From NCBI RefSeq assembly GCF_006345805.1, contig NC_042997.1, forward strand, positions 130,758,001-130,822,000: a stretch of DNA of 64,000 nucleotides. The letters are read 5' to 3'. Of the stretch, positions 1-11,075 are shown piece after piece. A program made the position numbers and the translations under genes. The stretch is from Octopus sinensis (lineage: Eukaryota). Within the stretch, counting starts at the first letter, position 1; each line of letters opens with the position of its first letter. The notes below the pieces were generated by a model. It did no database searches. It saw only the letters and a list, made by a program, of their open reading frames with translations, and was not told the DNA's origin.

Positions 1-169
1 TAATTAGCAAACGTTATTAAAATACCTCTTATGCAATTAAGCATTGAATACTATTTGATATGCAACTGTTTACAAAAAAAGTTATTCCTTCTAAGAAGTT
101 TCACCCTAGTTGACATTGGCTATCATTTTACGGTGAAATGAATGAATAACATGATTTAACAATACATAC

Positions 170-268
170 CCGTCCCCATATTCGAACTGTTGATTTAGCA
201 GTTATAGGTCCGATGTTGTAACGTGTAGGTTCCGTGGACAGGGTGATTTCGTTGTCTTCAGCAGCCAT
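170..268 (-). CDS. Putative first coding exon of an unidentified divergent gene (MAAEDNEITLSTEPTRYNIGPITAKSTVRIWGR, phase 0)
   Basis: On the - strand CACAAATGGCT opens 33 codons ending exactly at the strong donor CGG|GTATGT. It lies in non-repetitive, CpG-richer sequence (200-540). The family is not recognised, and the rest of the gene would lie left of the window. Confidence 0.5.
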
Positions 269-705
269 TTGTGGCTATTTACTTCTCATATGACTGGCCA
301 ACTGAAAATGTTTTTGTTGTCAGATCACATGGTTGTTGACGACTCTTGTCGCCGCCAGTCGGAGTGGAGGAGGATTATAACCGCAATGACGTCGATAAAG
401 TTGCTGGTGAGGCGATAAAAAAAAAAGAGAACTGGTGTTAAAGGTGTGTGCAGAGCCGATTAGGTTCTAAGCTCGTAGTTATCCACCAACACTTGTAATA
501 CTTCGCAGTACAGTCGGGCAGCAAGCAGCCTGTCAGGAAATATACACATTCACTTAAAAGTGTGCTTGCGATGATAATTTCTATTTTGATTGTTCGCCCT
601 TAACACATGCACAAATGCTCACCCAATCTCCGTCACACACACACACGCATGTACGCATGCACGTACGCACGCACTTACGCACACGCGCGCATTGTTTTGT
701 GTGTA

Positions 706-739
<34 letters not shown>

Positions 740-1158
740 TGCTTTTTAAATGATTATCCAGTGCGGCAAATTTAAATTTATACACACAGCTGTTTTGCTA
801 CATAGTATCGGCCGAACACACACATACGTACGTATGTATATGGCATTCTTTCGGAGAAACTCTATCAAAATGGAAAGTTTTTGTTCGACAATGTCCATAA
901 TTTTTTTACATTTCTTTAAGTTTTTCTCTTCCGGTCGAATCACTTATGTTTATGTATTTTGTTGTGTATATGTGTGTGTATGCATGTATATTTGTGTATG
1001 TATGAGTATGTATAACACATACAGAATCATGCATTCATGCATGAAATACATACATAAACAAAATTACATAAACATAAGCGATTGGGCTGAAAAAATTTAA
1101 GATGGAAAATACCGAACCAATACTTAAACTTTCGCTTGACTTTCTGCTAAAAGAATGG

Positions 1159-1226
<68 letters not shown>

Positions 1227-2416
1227 GGCTTAGTAAAATAAATTACTTTGCCACATACTGAACTCATTAGAATAGCACTAAAGAAATTTCTTCAGCTATT
1301 TCAATACTTAAGAAGATCTCTCTCAGATAGTGTTTGCCTAAACCAACTCACAAAAGTATGGGGGAAAAAACATTAAAAAATCAAGTGCAAAGGTTATTTG
1401 AGAACGTACGTTTCTAGATTAGTCAATTCGACATTTCTTTCTGCTCAGCTCAGATTCCTTGGATCGGATTTGGGAACACTGAAAGTCGGAGCATACCCTT
1501 TCGGCTTCTAATCACCTCTAGAATTCTGCTCGAACTAAAAGTGCTATCAATTCGAATATGCGAAGAATTTCGCTTCTCTCTCCCCTTTCCACCAGCGTGG
1601 GTTAAAATTGACAAACACCATGTATTAACGGTGAAAACCGCAGCTTTAGCAGAGAGAAATGAATTATAATTTCAACAATTGAGGTGAAAATTAATATTAA
1701 TCAATTTCACCAAGTATTCAGTATGTAAATGGACCATTAGGCGAATTCAAAATATTACATTATATATAAGGGCTTAGTAAAATAAATTACTTGCCACATA
1801 CTGAACTCATTAGAAATAGCAGCTAAAGAAATTTCTTCAGCTATTTCTAATACTTAATTGTTGAAATTATAATTCATCTCTCTCTGCTAAATGCTGCGGT
1901 TTTCACCGTTAATACATGGTGTTTGTCAATTTTAACCCACGCTGGTGGAAAGGGGAGAGCAGAAATTCTTCGCTTGCATATTCGAATTTGATAGCACTTT
2001 TAGTTCGAGCAGAATTCTAGAGGTGATTAGAAGCCGAAGGGTATGCTCCCGACTTTCGTGTTCCCAATCCGATCCAAGGAATCTGAGCTGAAGAAGAAAT
2101 GTCGAATTGACTAATCTAGAAACGTACGTTCTCAAATAACCTTTGCACTTGATTTTTTATGTTTTTTTTCCCCCATACTTTTGTGAGTTGGTTTAGGCAA
2201 ACACTATCTGAGAGAGATCTTCTTTAAGTATTAGAAATAGCTGAAGAATTTCTTTAGCTGCTATTTCTAATGAGTTCAGTATGTGGCAAAGTAATTTATT
2301 TTACTAAGCCTTATATATAATGTAATATTTTGAATTCGCCTATAATGGTCCCTTTACATACTGAATACTTGTGAAATTGATAATATTAATTAATTTTACC
2401 CTCAATTGTTGAAATT

Positions 2417-2418
<2 letters not shown>
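1227..2418. repeat. Fold-back/inverted duplication: X-Y-Z-X then rcY-rcX-rcZ, embedded between (TA)n tracts
   Basis: 1227-1680 is the reverse complement of about 1857-2310. 1771-1856 directly repeats 1227-1310. 2311-2403 is the reverse complement of 1681-1770. The arms differ mainly by 1-nt indels. Confidence 0.9.
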
Positions 2419-2465
<47 letters not shown>

Positions 2466-2501
2466 TATATATTATATATATATATATATATAATATATAT
2501 T

Positions 2502-3349
2502 CTAGCTGACGTACCTGGTAATTTCCAGGAAAGCGGGGCTTGTCCTTGGTTCAATTCTCATAATTGTTTCGCTAATCCAATAATAACAATACAAAGTATG
2601 TAGCCCTTAAAACGGTTTTTGTGCATTTACAGAGAATATTGAACTGTCTTACACAGGATCTTGTTTTTAGGAATTCCCAGTAAGTTATGAATACCCAAAT
2701 TATGAAGTCAGTTATGCAATAACATGAAATTAATTACCCGATAGAAAGAATCCAAATAAAGTAGCCCCGAAAAAGGCTTTGAGGCGTTCCCAGAGTATAT
2801 AGGAAGAAATACTAAAAATATATGTATACTAAAATCGTAAAGCATGTTATGTAATAACAGGCTAATCAGATATGAGATAATAAAAATTCGAAATAAGTGA
2901 TTCTGAAAAGGGCTTTTGTGTGTTCCCAGAGAATATTACCCTCAGTGGCGCTAGTGTTGGTATATTCGTGAATAAGTCAGTAACCGAAATAAGTGGATCT
3001 ATTGTTTAGGAAAATACTATTTACTTGTTTAAGGGTTGTACAGGATAAATTGCGAAAATAACTCTAACAGTTCAAATACTAAGAAATAAGCAAGCTCAAT
3101 TTGATTTTTACCAAATAATTTAAGAATATGAACGGGTTATTTTACATGGCTTTTAAAATAAAATATGCTAGATATATATATATGAGGATCCATTCCAGGG
3201 TCCCTATTATCGATGTTTCAACAATTTGAGTATGCCATGAGGTTTCCAGACAGGAGTTCTACTCATGTGTCAAGTTTCATCAAAATCAATAAAACGATGT
3301 CGGAGGAGTTAACTAACAACTCCACAAACACACCCACAGACAGAGTAGA
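2502..3349 (-). mobile_element. Non-autonomous Helitron-like element
   Basis: The - strand starts ATCTACT-CTGTCTGTGGGTGTGTTTG...GATTTTGATGAAACTTG and ends with hairpin CCTGG-aaatta-CCAGG followed by ...CTAG. An inverted homologous copy of its 5' part lies at about 3870-4055. Confidence 0.6.
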
Positions 3350-3409
3350 TATGTGTGTGTGTGTGTGGGGGGGGACATGTATGTATATATATATATATAT
3401 ATGTATATA

Positions 3410-4060
3410 TCTATTATATAAAATCCGTTCTGTCAGTCTGTGTGTGTCTTCTAGGATCTCGGACATCCTCCATCCGATTGCGCTCAAATTTGATATGTAG
3501 ATACCGACGGTATCAGGACGTGTATAAGCCTTGAAAAGATTACAAAAGTCGATTCTAGATGAGAATGCGATCAATAAAGCCGTGGGAACGTGCATTTGTA
3601 CGCGCAAGTACATCAGCTGTGCAAAAGATAGATATCGTCCTTGCGAACCAACAGTCGAAACGCATAGAACTCCATTTGCGAGAATTTTTTGAATGGTTGG
3701 ACAGGCAGCAGAGCTACTGGATCACACCTGGGTATATCAATGCTGTAACCATCGTCGCCAAAAGGAAAAACATTTCCTGCCATTCAAGGAGGATGTTATG
3801 CTTTGTCACTCAGCAGCCTCCATTGGACAGGGGGGGTTTTGCTCGCATATATATATATATATATACTACATATGTGGAAAATTCTGTCTGTGGGTGTGTT
3901 TGTGGGTTTGTTACCTAATTCCTCCATCATCGTTTTATCGATTTTTATGAAACTTGACACGTGAGTAGAACTCATGCCTGGAAACCTAGTAACATACTTA
4001 GATTGTTGAAAAAAAATTGATAATAGAGCCTCTGGAAGGGATCTTTATATCTACTACATA
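3410..4060 (+). mobile_element. Helitron-like 5' segments (two adjacent degenerate non-autonomous copies)
   Basis: TCTATTATATAAAA...CTGTCAGTCTGTGTG...CCGATTGCGCTCAAATTTG at 3410, and a copy homologous to 3180-3349 at 3860-4055. No clear CTAG 3' end was found. Confidence 0.4.
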
Positions 4061-4332
4061 TAACTAACATATTTCATTTAAACATCCAAGGGAAATAACC
4101 CGTTCGCTCCCGGAAAGGATCCTTAATATAGTCACGGTAAATAACCCATTCATCTTTGTAAATTATTTGGTATAAATCAAATTGGGTATGCTTATTTCTT
4201 AGTATAGGGGTAAAATACATGTAAGGGATATTAAATATTTGAATAATTTACTGGTTTATATTACCTTTATCAATAACAATGTTATTCCAATAGGTAAATA
4301 TGATAAACATACAGTTTATTAATATATAAATA

Positions 4333-5487
4333 CTAGTTTAAGGTGACCTGCTCTACACGCGGGTGAGGGTATGGTTGTTACTTTCTGTTGTTTCCTTTCT
4401 GTTTCTCATTGCCACATTATCCCTCTTTGTTTTTCTCTCCGTTCTCTCTCACTTTCCCACTATCTTACTCTTCCTTTCTCTTGGACTATCCTTTGCTTTC
4501 TCTTACTCTCTATCTTTCTCAATCTCTCTCCCTTTTATAAAAAAACAAAAGATCTTGAGTAAGTTGAGGAAGAAAATATTTTTAAAGATCAATCATAAAT
4601 ATCAGGCAGTGACAACGGAAAGGTCTGCTTCAAGGCGGACAGCAAAACACTAACATTTAAAAGGGACAGACGAACTTGCAAGCTGAATAAAAATAAAAAA
4701 AGAAATATTGGAAACCAAAGTTTGAAGGGATAGAATCTGAGGATAGTAGACTCACCATAGCTGTCATTCAAAACTTCTTAACAACAGACAGCAACGTACT
4801 GGCAGTTGAACTTGATGTAAAAGAAAATTCCTAAACACCAAGTTTTGAAGTGATTCTTTCTCACGGCAGTAGATTCACCATGGTAGGCATTAAAAACTTC
4901 TTTATGATGGACAGCAACACATTGACGATTTAAAGGCTGGTGCAAATTTTTTAGCTTGATGTAACAGAGAATTCCTAAACACCCACTCCTGTAAATTTTA
5001 ATCCCCTTCCAGCTCCATTTAGACCCCTTTTCACGTAAAAATCCATTTTGTATCAACATAATAATTCACCATTCTAAAAGACCTGTGGTGGGAATATTTA
5101 AACTTTTGCGACTGTCAACGCTTTCTCTCTATAGATACAGACAGACGTACAGTGAGAGAGGTAATGGAAGAAAGAGTAACAGAGAGACGAAGCTGTCAAA
5201 CGTTGTTATAGGGAGAAAGTGGAGGGAAGGAAGGAAAGAAAGAGATGGAGGAAGACAGGGTGATATGCGAAAGCGAGAAACGACAAACACTTGTCAAAGT
5301 GTGAGTTTTGTTGCCCTAGTAACCACAGCTTTTGAGATAGGGGTTTCTAAACTAGTCCACTCACTTCCTCACCTCTGTTTACATGTCCCTGTAAATTTTT
5401 GAGCCAATCCGACTGCATCTAGTGCCCCTTAACCCATTCCAATCCCCAAATGAGACAAACAAACTTTTCGCATTTCAGCTTTATAGA
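4333..5487 (-). mobile_element. Non-autonomous Helitron (A|TC...CTAG|T)
   Basis: The - strand begins A|TCTATAAAGCTGAAATGCGAAAAGTTTGTTTG and ends CCCGCGTGTAGAGCAGGTCACCTTAAACTAG|T. This is a subterminal GC hairpin plus CTAG, inserted in AT with no TSD. Pairing of the two ends into one element is inferred. Confidence 0.65.
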
Positions 5488-5699
5488 TATTGATAAATCA
5501 GAAACGGAAAAACAAAACAATAAATTGAACAATTATAAATTCAATTCAATTTAAATATTTTAAACTTGTGCATGTGTATATGCATCTGTGCATACGTACG
5601 CATGTGTGTATGTATGCATACATAAATGATAGGTGTATGTGTGTATATATAAGTATATATAAATATGTGTATACGTTAAAGTGCCACTCCCAAACAGTT

Positions 5700-6315
5700 G
5701 AAGGAATCCGGAGTAGAGGTAGGCCCAGGAAGACATGCTGATGAGGTGGTCAAGCATGACCTTCAAACGTTGGGCTTCACAGAGGCAATGCTGAAAGACC
5801 GAGACCTCTGGAGATATGCTGTGACTGCAAAAAACTGAAAAATGAAGTGAGTTCATGGTTCGCAGGATAGCCTACTGTGCTTACTTTGGATCGTAAGGTG
5901 ACCTGCAGTGCTTGAGGAGACCTATTGTGTCAAGTACATCAACATCAAAATAAAAATCAAATGGAAATTGTAGTTAAGATATCCTGTGCCGGTGGCACGT
6001 AAAAAGCACCATCCGAACGTGGCCGATGCCAGCGCTGCCTTGACTGGCATCCGTGCCGGTGGCACGTAAAAGCACCAACTGATTGTGGCCATTGTAAGCC
6101 TCTTCTGCCCCCTGTGCTGGTGGCACGTAAAAAGCACCCACTACACTCACGGAGTGGTTGGCATTAGGAAGGGCATCCAGCTGTAGAAATACTGCCAGAT
6201 CAGACTGAAGCCTGATGCAGCCTCCTGTCTTCCCAGACCCCAGTCGAAACATCCAACCCATGCTAGCATGGAAAACGGACGTGAAACGATGATGATGATG
6301 ATGATGATGATGATA
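5700..6315 (+). mobile_element. RTE-type LINE 3' end: ORF C-terminus, hairpin-array 3'UTR and (GAT)n tail
   Basis: 5702-5825 reads GIRSRGRPRKTx-DEVVKHDLQTLGFTEAMLKDRDLWRYAV (RTE C-terminal GRP...DRxxWR). It is followed by GTGCCGGTGGCACGTAAAAAGCAC repeats, GGAAGGGCATCCAGCTGTAGAAA and a GAT tail. Confidence 0.8.
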
Positions 6316-8767
6316 AACGTCTGTATTGTACAAATAAATCAATTAGAGAATGGAATAGTTATAGATTTAAAGTTATGAATTTACAAAATTTCAATAAGAT
6401 TATTTACTTATTTATGATTAAGCTCATTCTTATATAGAGTGTTTGTAAAGATTTAGAAATTATAAGTAATTATATTTGATATCTTTCGTTAAATATTTAA
6501 GAAAATATGTCAATTTGATGAAGCATCATTACATATTTAAACGGATTTGATTATTCTTGAAAAACTTCATTTTATTAGTGAAGTAGAAACAGCTGTAATT
6601 TATGAGATGTGTCATTTGTTTGTATAAAATATTTAAATTGAATTGAATTTATAATTGTTCACTTTATTGCTTTGTTTTTCCATTTCTGATATATATATTC
6701 CTTATTTAACACTTTAGCATTTAAACCAATCATATCTGGCTCATATATTCTACTTGTTTTATCTTAAAATTAATGAGACCCAACCTCTCACACCTACCCT
6801 ACAATGTCATTCTAAAAACATACAAATACACCGTTGAAATCTTGAAGCTAGAAAATAATACATAATCAATTCAAAACAATGGCAATAAATAAACAATACA
6901 AAGAAATCTGAATGCTAAAGGGTTAATCCAGCTCCAGTAATAAATGCTGATATTCAGCTATTTTTCATGTTGCATTATATTTCTTTCATCTTGTTAGCTC
7001 TATGTGGATATTTTGTAATTCATGAACAACCTCGTATGACTTGTGTGACATTAATAAATCATGTTTAAATGTTTGTTTGGTGTTGTTGAATCATTACATG
7101 CAGCTCCTGCGAATCAATCAGCAGCTGTCACAACAACACAGCCCAGCAACATTGATGTGAGCAAAAAAGCAATGGTAAAGAAACTTGCCTAAGATATCAT
7201 GCCTGCATCTACAAACTTAGACAAAGTTATGTACTAACATGTGATTCCTTGTGGCTCTAAAGCTTTTTAAAAACTCTAGGGCACCATTTGAGCGTGATCG
7301 TTGTCAGTGTCACCTCACTGGCACTTGTGCCGGTGGCATGGGAACAAAACATTCGAGCGAGGTCGTTGCCAGTGCTGCTGGACTGACTCCTGTGCAGGTC
7401 GCATGTAAAAAACACTATTTTCGAGCGTGGCCGTTGCTAGTACCGCTGACTGGCCATCGTGCCAGTGGCACTTTAAAAGCACTCTCAGAGTGGTTGGCAT
7501 TAGGAAGGGCATCCAGCTGTGGAAACTCTGCCAGATCAGATTGGAGCCTGGTGCAGCCATCTGGTTCGCCAGTCTTCAGTCAAATCATCCAACCCATGCT
7601 AGCATGGAAAGCGGACGTTAAACGATGATGATGATGTACTTGCTGCCCTGCACTCTCAGTCACAGTTATTGACAATTAGATTGTAGCTTTTTAGTTTTAT
7701 ATTGCATATAGCCGCCTTTGTTATTTTATAATTGTTACATTAGCATTTTGCTGAAAATGCCATAAATTCATATGATAAATATATACACAGACAGTCAGGA
7801 TTTAGCCAAACCATTGAGCATTGGAGTAGTCACTACTGATGAGTTTGTAATTTTGAAACGAAACTATAGGCGCAGGAGTGGCTGTGCGGTAAGTAGCTTG
7901 CTCACCAACCACATGGTTCTGCGTTCAGTCCCACTGCATGGTACCTTGGGCAAGTGTCTTCTACTATAGCCTTGGGCCAACCAAAGCCTTGTGATGGAAA
8001 CTGAAAGAAGCCCATCGTATATATATGTATATGTATATATATGTGTGTGTGTGTGTGTTTTTGTGTGTCTGTGTTTGTCCCCTCCAACATCACTTGACAA
8101 CCAATGATGGTGTGTTTATGTCCCAGTAACTTAGCGGTTCGGCAAAAAGAGACCAATAGAATAAGTACTAGGCTTACAAAGAATAAGTCCTGGGGTCGAT
8201 TTGCTCGAATAAAGGCGGTGCTCCAACATGGCCGCAGTCAAATGACTGAAGCAAGTAAAAGAGTATAGTGATTTTGCTCGCTGTGTGGTGGTTATCTCCC
8301 CTGTCAGTATATGAAAATGTGATTCCTTGCGGCTCAGAGGGGTTTTTAACTTTTATTTCTACCAATGTAGGTGCTACCCAGCACCCTCAGTCACAATTGA
8401 TGACAAATGAACTTTTCCTTTTTGGTTTTATATTGTATATAGCCACCTTCATTATTTTATACACATATAAATGTACTTTCACACAATGAAGTGGGAATGT
8501 TTTATTATCATTATCATTAAAATAGAATATTCAGAAGGACTTTTTAAACTAAGATCATTGACTTCTGATTATGTAACACTCAAGGCTTAACTTTTCACTT
8601 AACCTTTCATTTCTTTTATCTTTATCCTTTCACAATAACAATTTAACTTATATTTAACTCACTCTATAGCCTTCTATATATCATTTCAGAGCAAACTGTT
8701 AAAGATAATAAAATACTCTTTCTCTCTCTCTCTCTCTCTTTCTCACTCTCTGAATATATGCATATAG

Positions 8768-9058
8768 ATTAGGTCATTAAGAATGAAATGTCCGATTTTG
8801 AACAGAAAGTTTATTTTACTCTATCTCAACAAAAAGCAAATCAGTTAATCGAAGTATGCACCTAAATTATCAACACAATTTTGACATTTTATCATTAGCT
8901 TATTTATGTTGGCAGCAAAGAATTCTGGAGAGCAAGAGGTGATGAAATTACGAGAGGCTGTTTTTGCACCTTCAGATTTGAAGTCTTTGCCTTGCAAAAA
9001 GTTGTCTAATGCCTAGAAAATGTGATTGTCAGTGGGTGCAAGGTCTGGTGAATATCTC
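8768..9058 (-). mobile_element. Mariner transposon 3' relic (transposase C-terminus plus terminal repeat)
   Basis: The - strand translates YSPDLAPTDNHIF*ALDNFLQGK...SPEFFAANINKL...CVDN.GAYFD*, containing the mariner YSPDLAPxD motif. It ends ...AATGACCTAAT. Confidence 0.85.
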
Positions 9059-10789
9059 CTCACGGAGTGGTTGGCATTAGGAAGGGCATCCAGCTGTAGA
9101 AACACTGCCAGATCAGACTGGAGCCTGGTGTAGCCTGGATACTAGTAAGAGATTTAGACCTTTTGCTTTGAGAAAGTGAAGGTTAAAGTTCAGAGTTCAA
9201 TCTACCATTTAAATATTTGTGATTTGGTGTGTTTCTTTAAGTATGTTTTAAGTAATGGAATTTTTAAGGGTTCACAAAGAATGTAAGTACATGGGAAGCT
9301 TTAGATAGTCACCGGACTTCTTTACTTGTTGGTGTTATTTAAGATATTTTACCATTTAGTATTGGGAAGGTGGAGGTTATTAGTCAAGCATTTCATGGAG
9401 TTCGTTAGTAAGGAAATTTTTTGTTGTATGCTTTAATGTTCACAAAATGATTTAGGTAGGTACAAAAGTTGTTGGTCAGCATATTTCTCTCTAAGAATTT
9501 ATTGTTCTAGATGTTATTTGATTACTATTTAGAAAATCTTAACTTTTTTGTTTTAGGGTGGTGAAATTTGCAGGTAGTGTTTTTATAAATATTTCTATTT
9601 GGTTTGATTTATGAATATATGCAAAAGTAGGGCATTCTAAAGGGTGTGCATATAATTCTGTAAAAAATATAACTAAAAGAAGTAATAATATCATCCTTGT
9701 ATATATGTGTGTGTGTGTGTGTAAGAGTACGCACTTATTTTAGAAAATTTGGTGAGAATTTTGGTTGAAAATTGTGGAACTAAAATATAATCTCTACAAG
9801 ACTTGTTTTGTGTAAAGCCATAATGTAAGTTTTGATGTATATTATGGAGATAGTTTATGGTGAAGGTGAAGTAGGAGAGAAAAGTTGATGAGATATTTTC
9901 ATGTTTGACCATTTGATTTGAAATATTTTAGCATTTTGGAGATTTTGTGCATCCAGGAAATGAGTAATTCAGAATTTCAGTTCAGAGTTTTTGAGTCTCG
10001 AATGTGAGAATGTGGTAGCATTCATCAGTACAAAATTGGCAGGGTCTGTTGTTTCCAGTCTGCCTTGAAAGCATATTCAGTTATGGGAGAAATATTACCT
10101 TGCTTGGGAACACATAAGGGTTAGCGACAGGAAGGGTATCCAGTTGTAAGAAAAATCTGGCTGAATAAATTTTGCCAAATTCAAGTAAATATGAGAAACT
10201 GGATGTTCAAACGACGATGATGATGATGAGGAGGAGGAGGATTTATCTGATCAATTAAGCCCGTCTATAAGGATAGAAACAAGAGTTCTCTCCCTTGCAG
10301 TTAACGCCGGCAATATTTGTTAATTAGGAGAATAAGGGTTTCAAAGTGAGTTTATTTCACTTAAACAAAATAAAAACTGACTTAAGCTGTTCATTCTTTA
10401 AACAGTACTCTTTATAATGCGTCGGTAATAAGCATCAAATGGATGTGGAAATAAACAAAAGTCAATAGTCAAAGCCTCTTGCTGTCAACTCTTACAATGT
10501 TATATTTCTAACTGCAATTTACATTGTTCAATCCATCGACACTTGTTTAAAGACTGCACAAACTGATTAATTTTAGATTATGAATAAAGACAAGAAAATG
10601 AGAGGCTTTACCGAAAGACAAGCAGATGCGATGTCAAGGTTGATGAGATGCATAACTATTTCTACGAGAAAAAATAATCAACTATCTTGTGAAAGATAAA
10701 GACAATTCTTTTGGTTTCTTATTCCCTCTCTCACTGTTTTTTTTCTTTCGTTCTTTCACCCTCCCCCTTCTCCCTTTATTCGTCTGTCT

Positions 10790-10809
10790 TGCAGCCTCTG
10801 CCTGTCTGC

Positions 10810-10859
<50 letters not shown>

Positions 10860-10900
10860 TATCTCCTCTCTCTATTCCTCACAAACTCAGTCGCTGTTTC
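10790..10900. promoter_or_regulatory. (CT)n/(GA)n tract about 100 nt upstream of the ACY1 ATG; probable promoter/5'UTR region
   Basis: Long CT dinucleotide run. There is no AG between the pyrimidine-rich stretch and the ATG, so the ATG exon is probably the first exon. Function is inferred only. Confidence 0.3.
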
Positions 10901-10969
10901 TCTTTCCGTATATTTACTCCTGATAACATTCATTGCTCTTCATTACCTCTGACTTTGATTCAATCGAAA

Positions 10970-11075
10970 ATGGGATCAGAAACCGAGAGAAGAAACCCTT
11001 CTGCTGAACACCCGGCTGTGACTAACTTCAGACGGTATTTACGAATCAAGACTGTCCAGCCTGAACCTGACTATG
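10970..11075 (+). CDS. ACY1: ACY1 coding exon 1 (MGSETERR...QPEPDY, phase 1)
   Basis: ATG in context [27 protein letters not shown] matches the ACY1 N-terminus. Donor GTCAGT at 11076. Confidence 0.93.

Noticed and set aside
7079-7193. Short open stretch VVESLHAAPANQSAAVTTTQ...KKLA* as an exon
   Set aside because: There is no convincing acceptor or start and no recognisable homology, so it cannot be supported.
9200-9950. Possible old LINE relic in a G/T-skewed stretch
   Set aside because: It is too decayed; I could not read any diagnostic motif.
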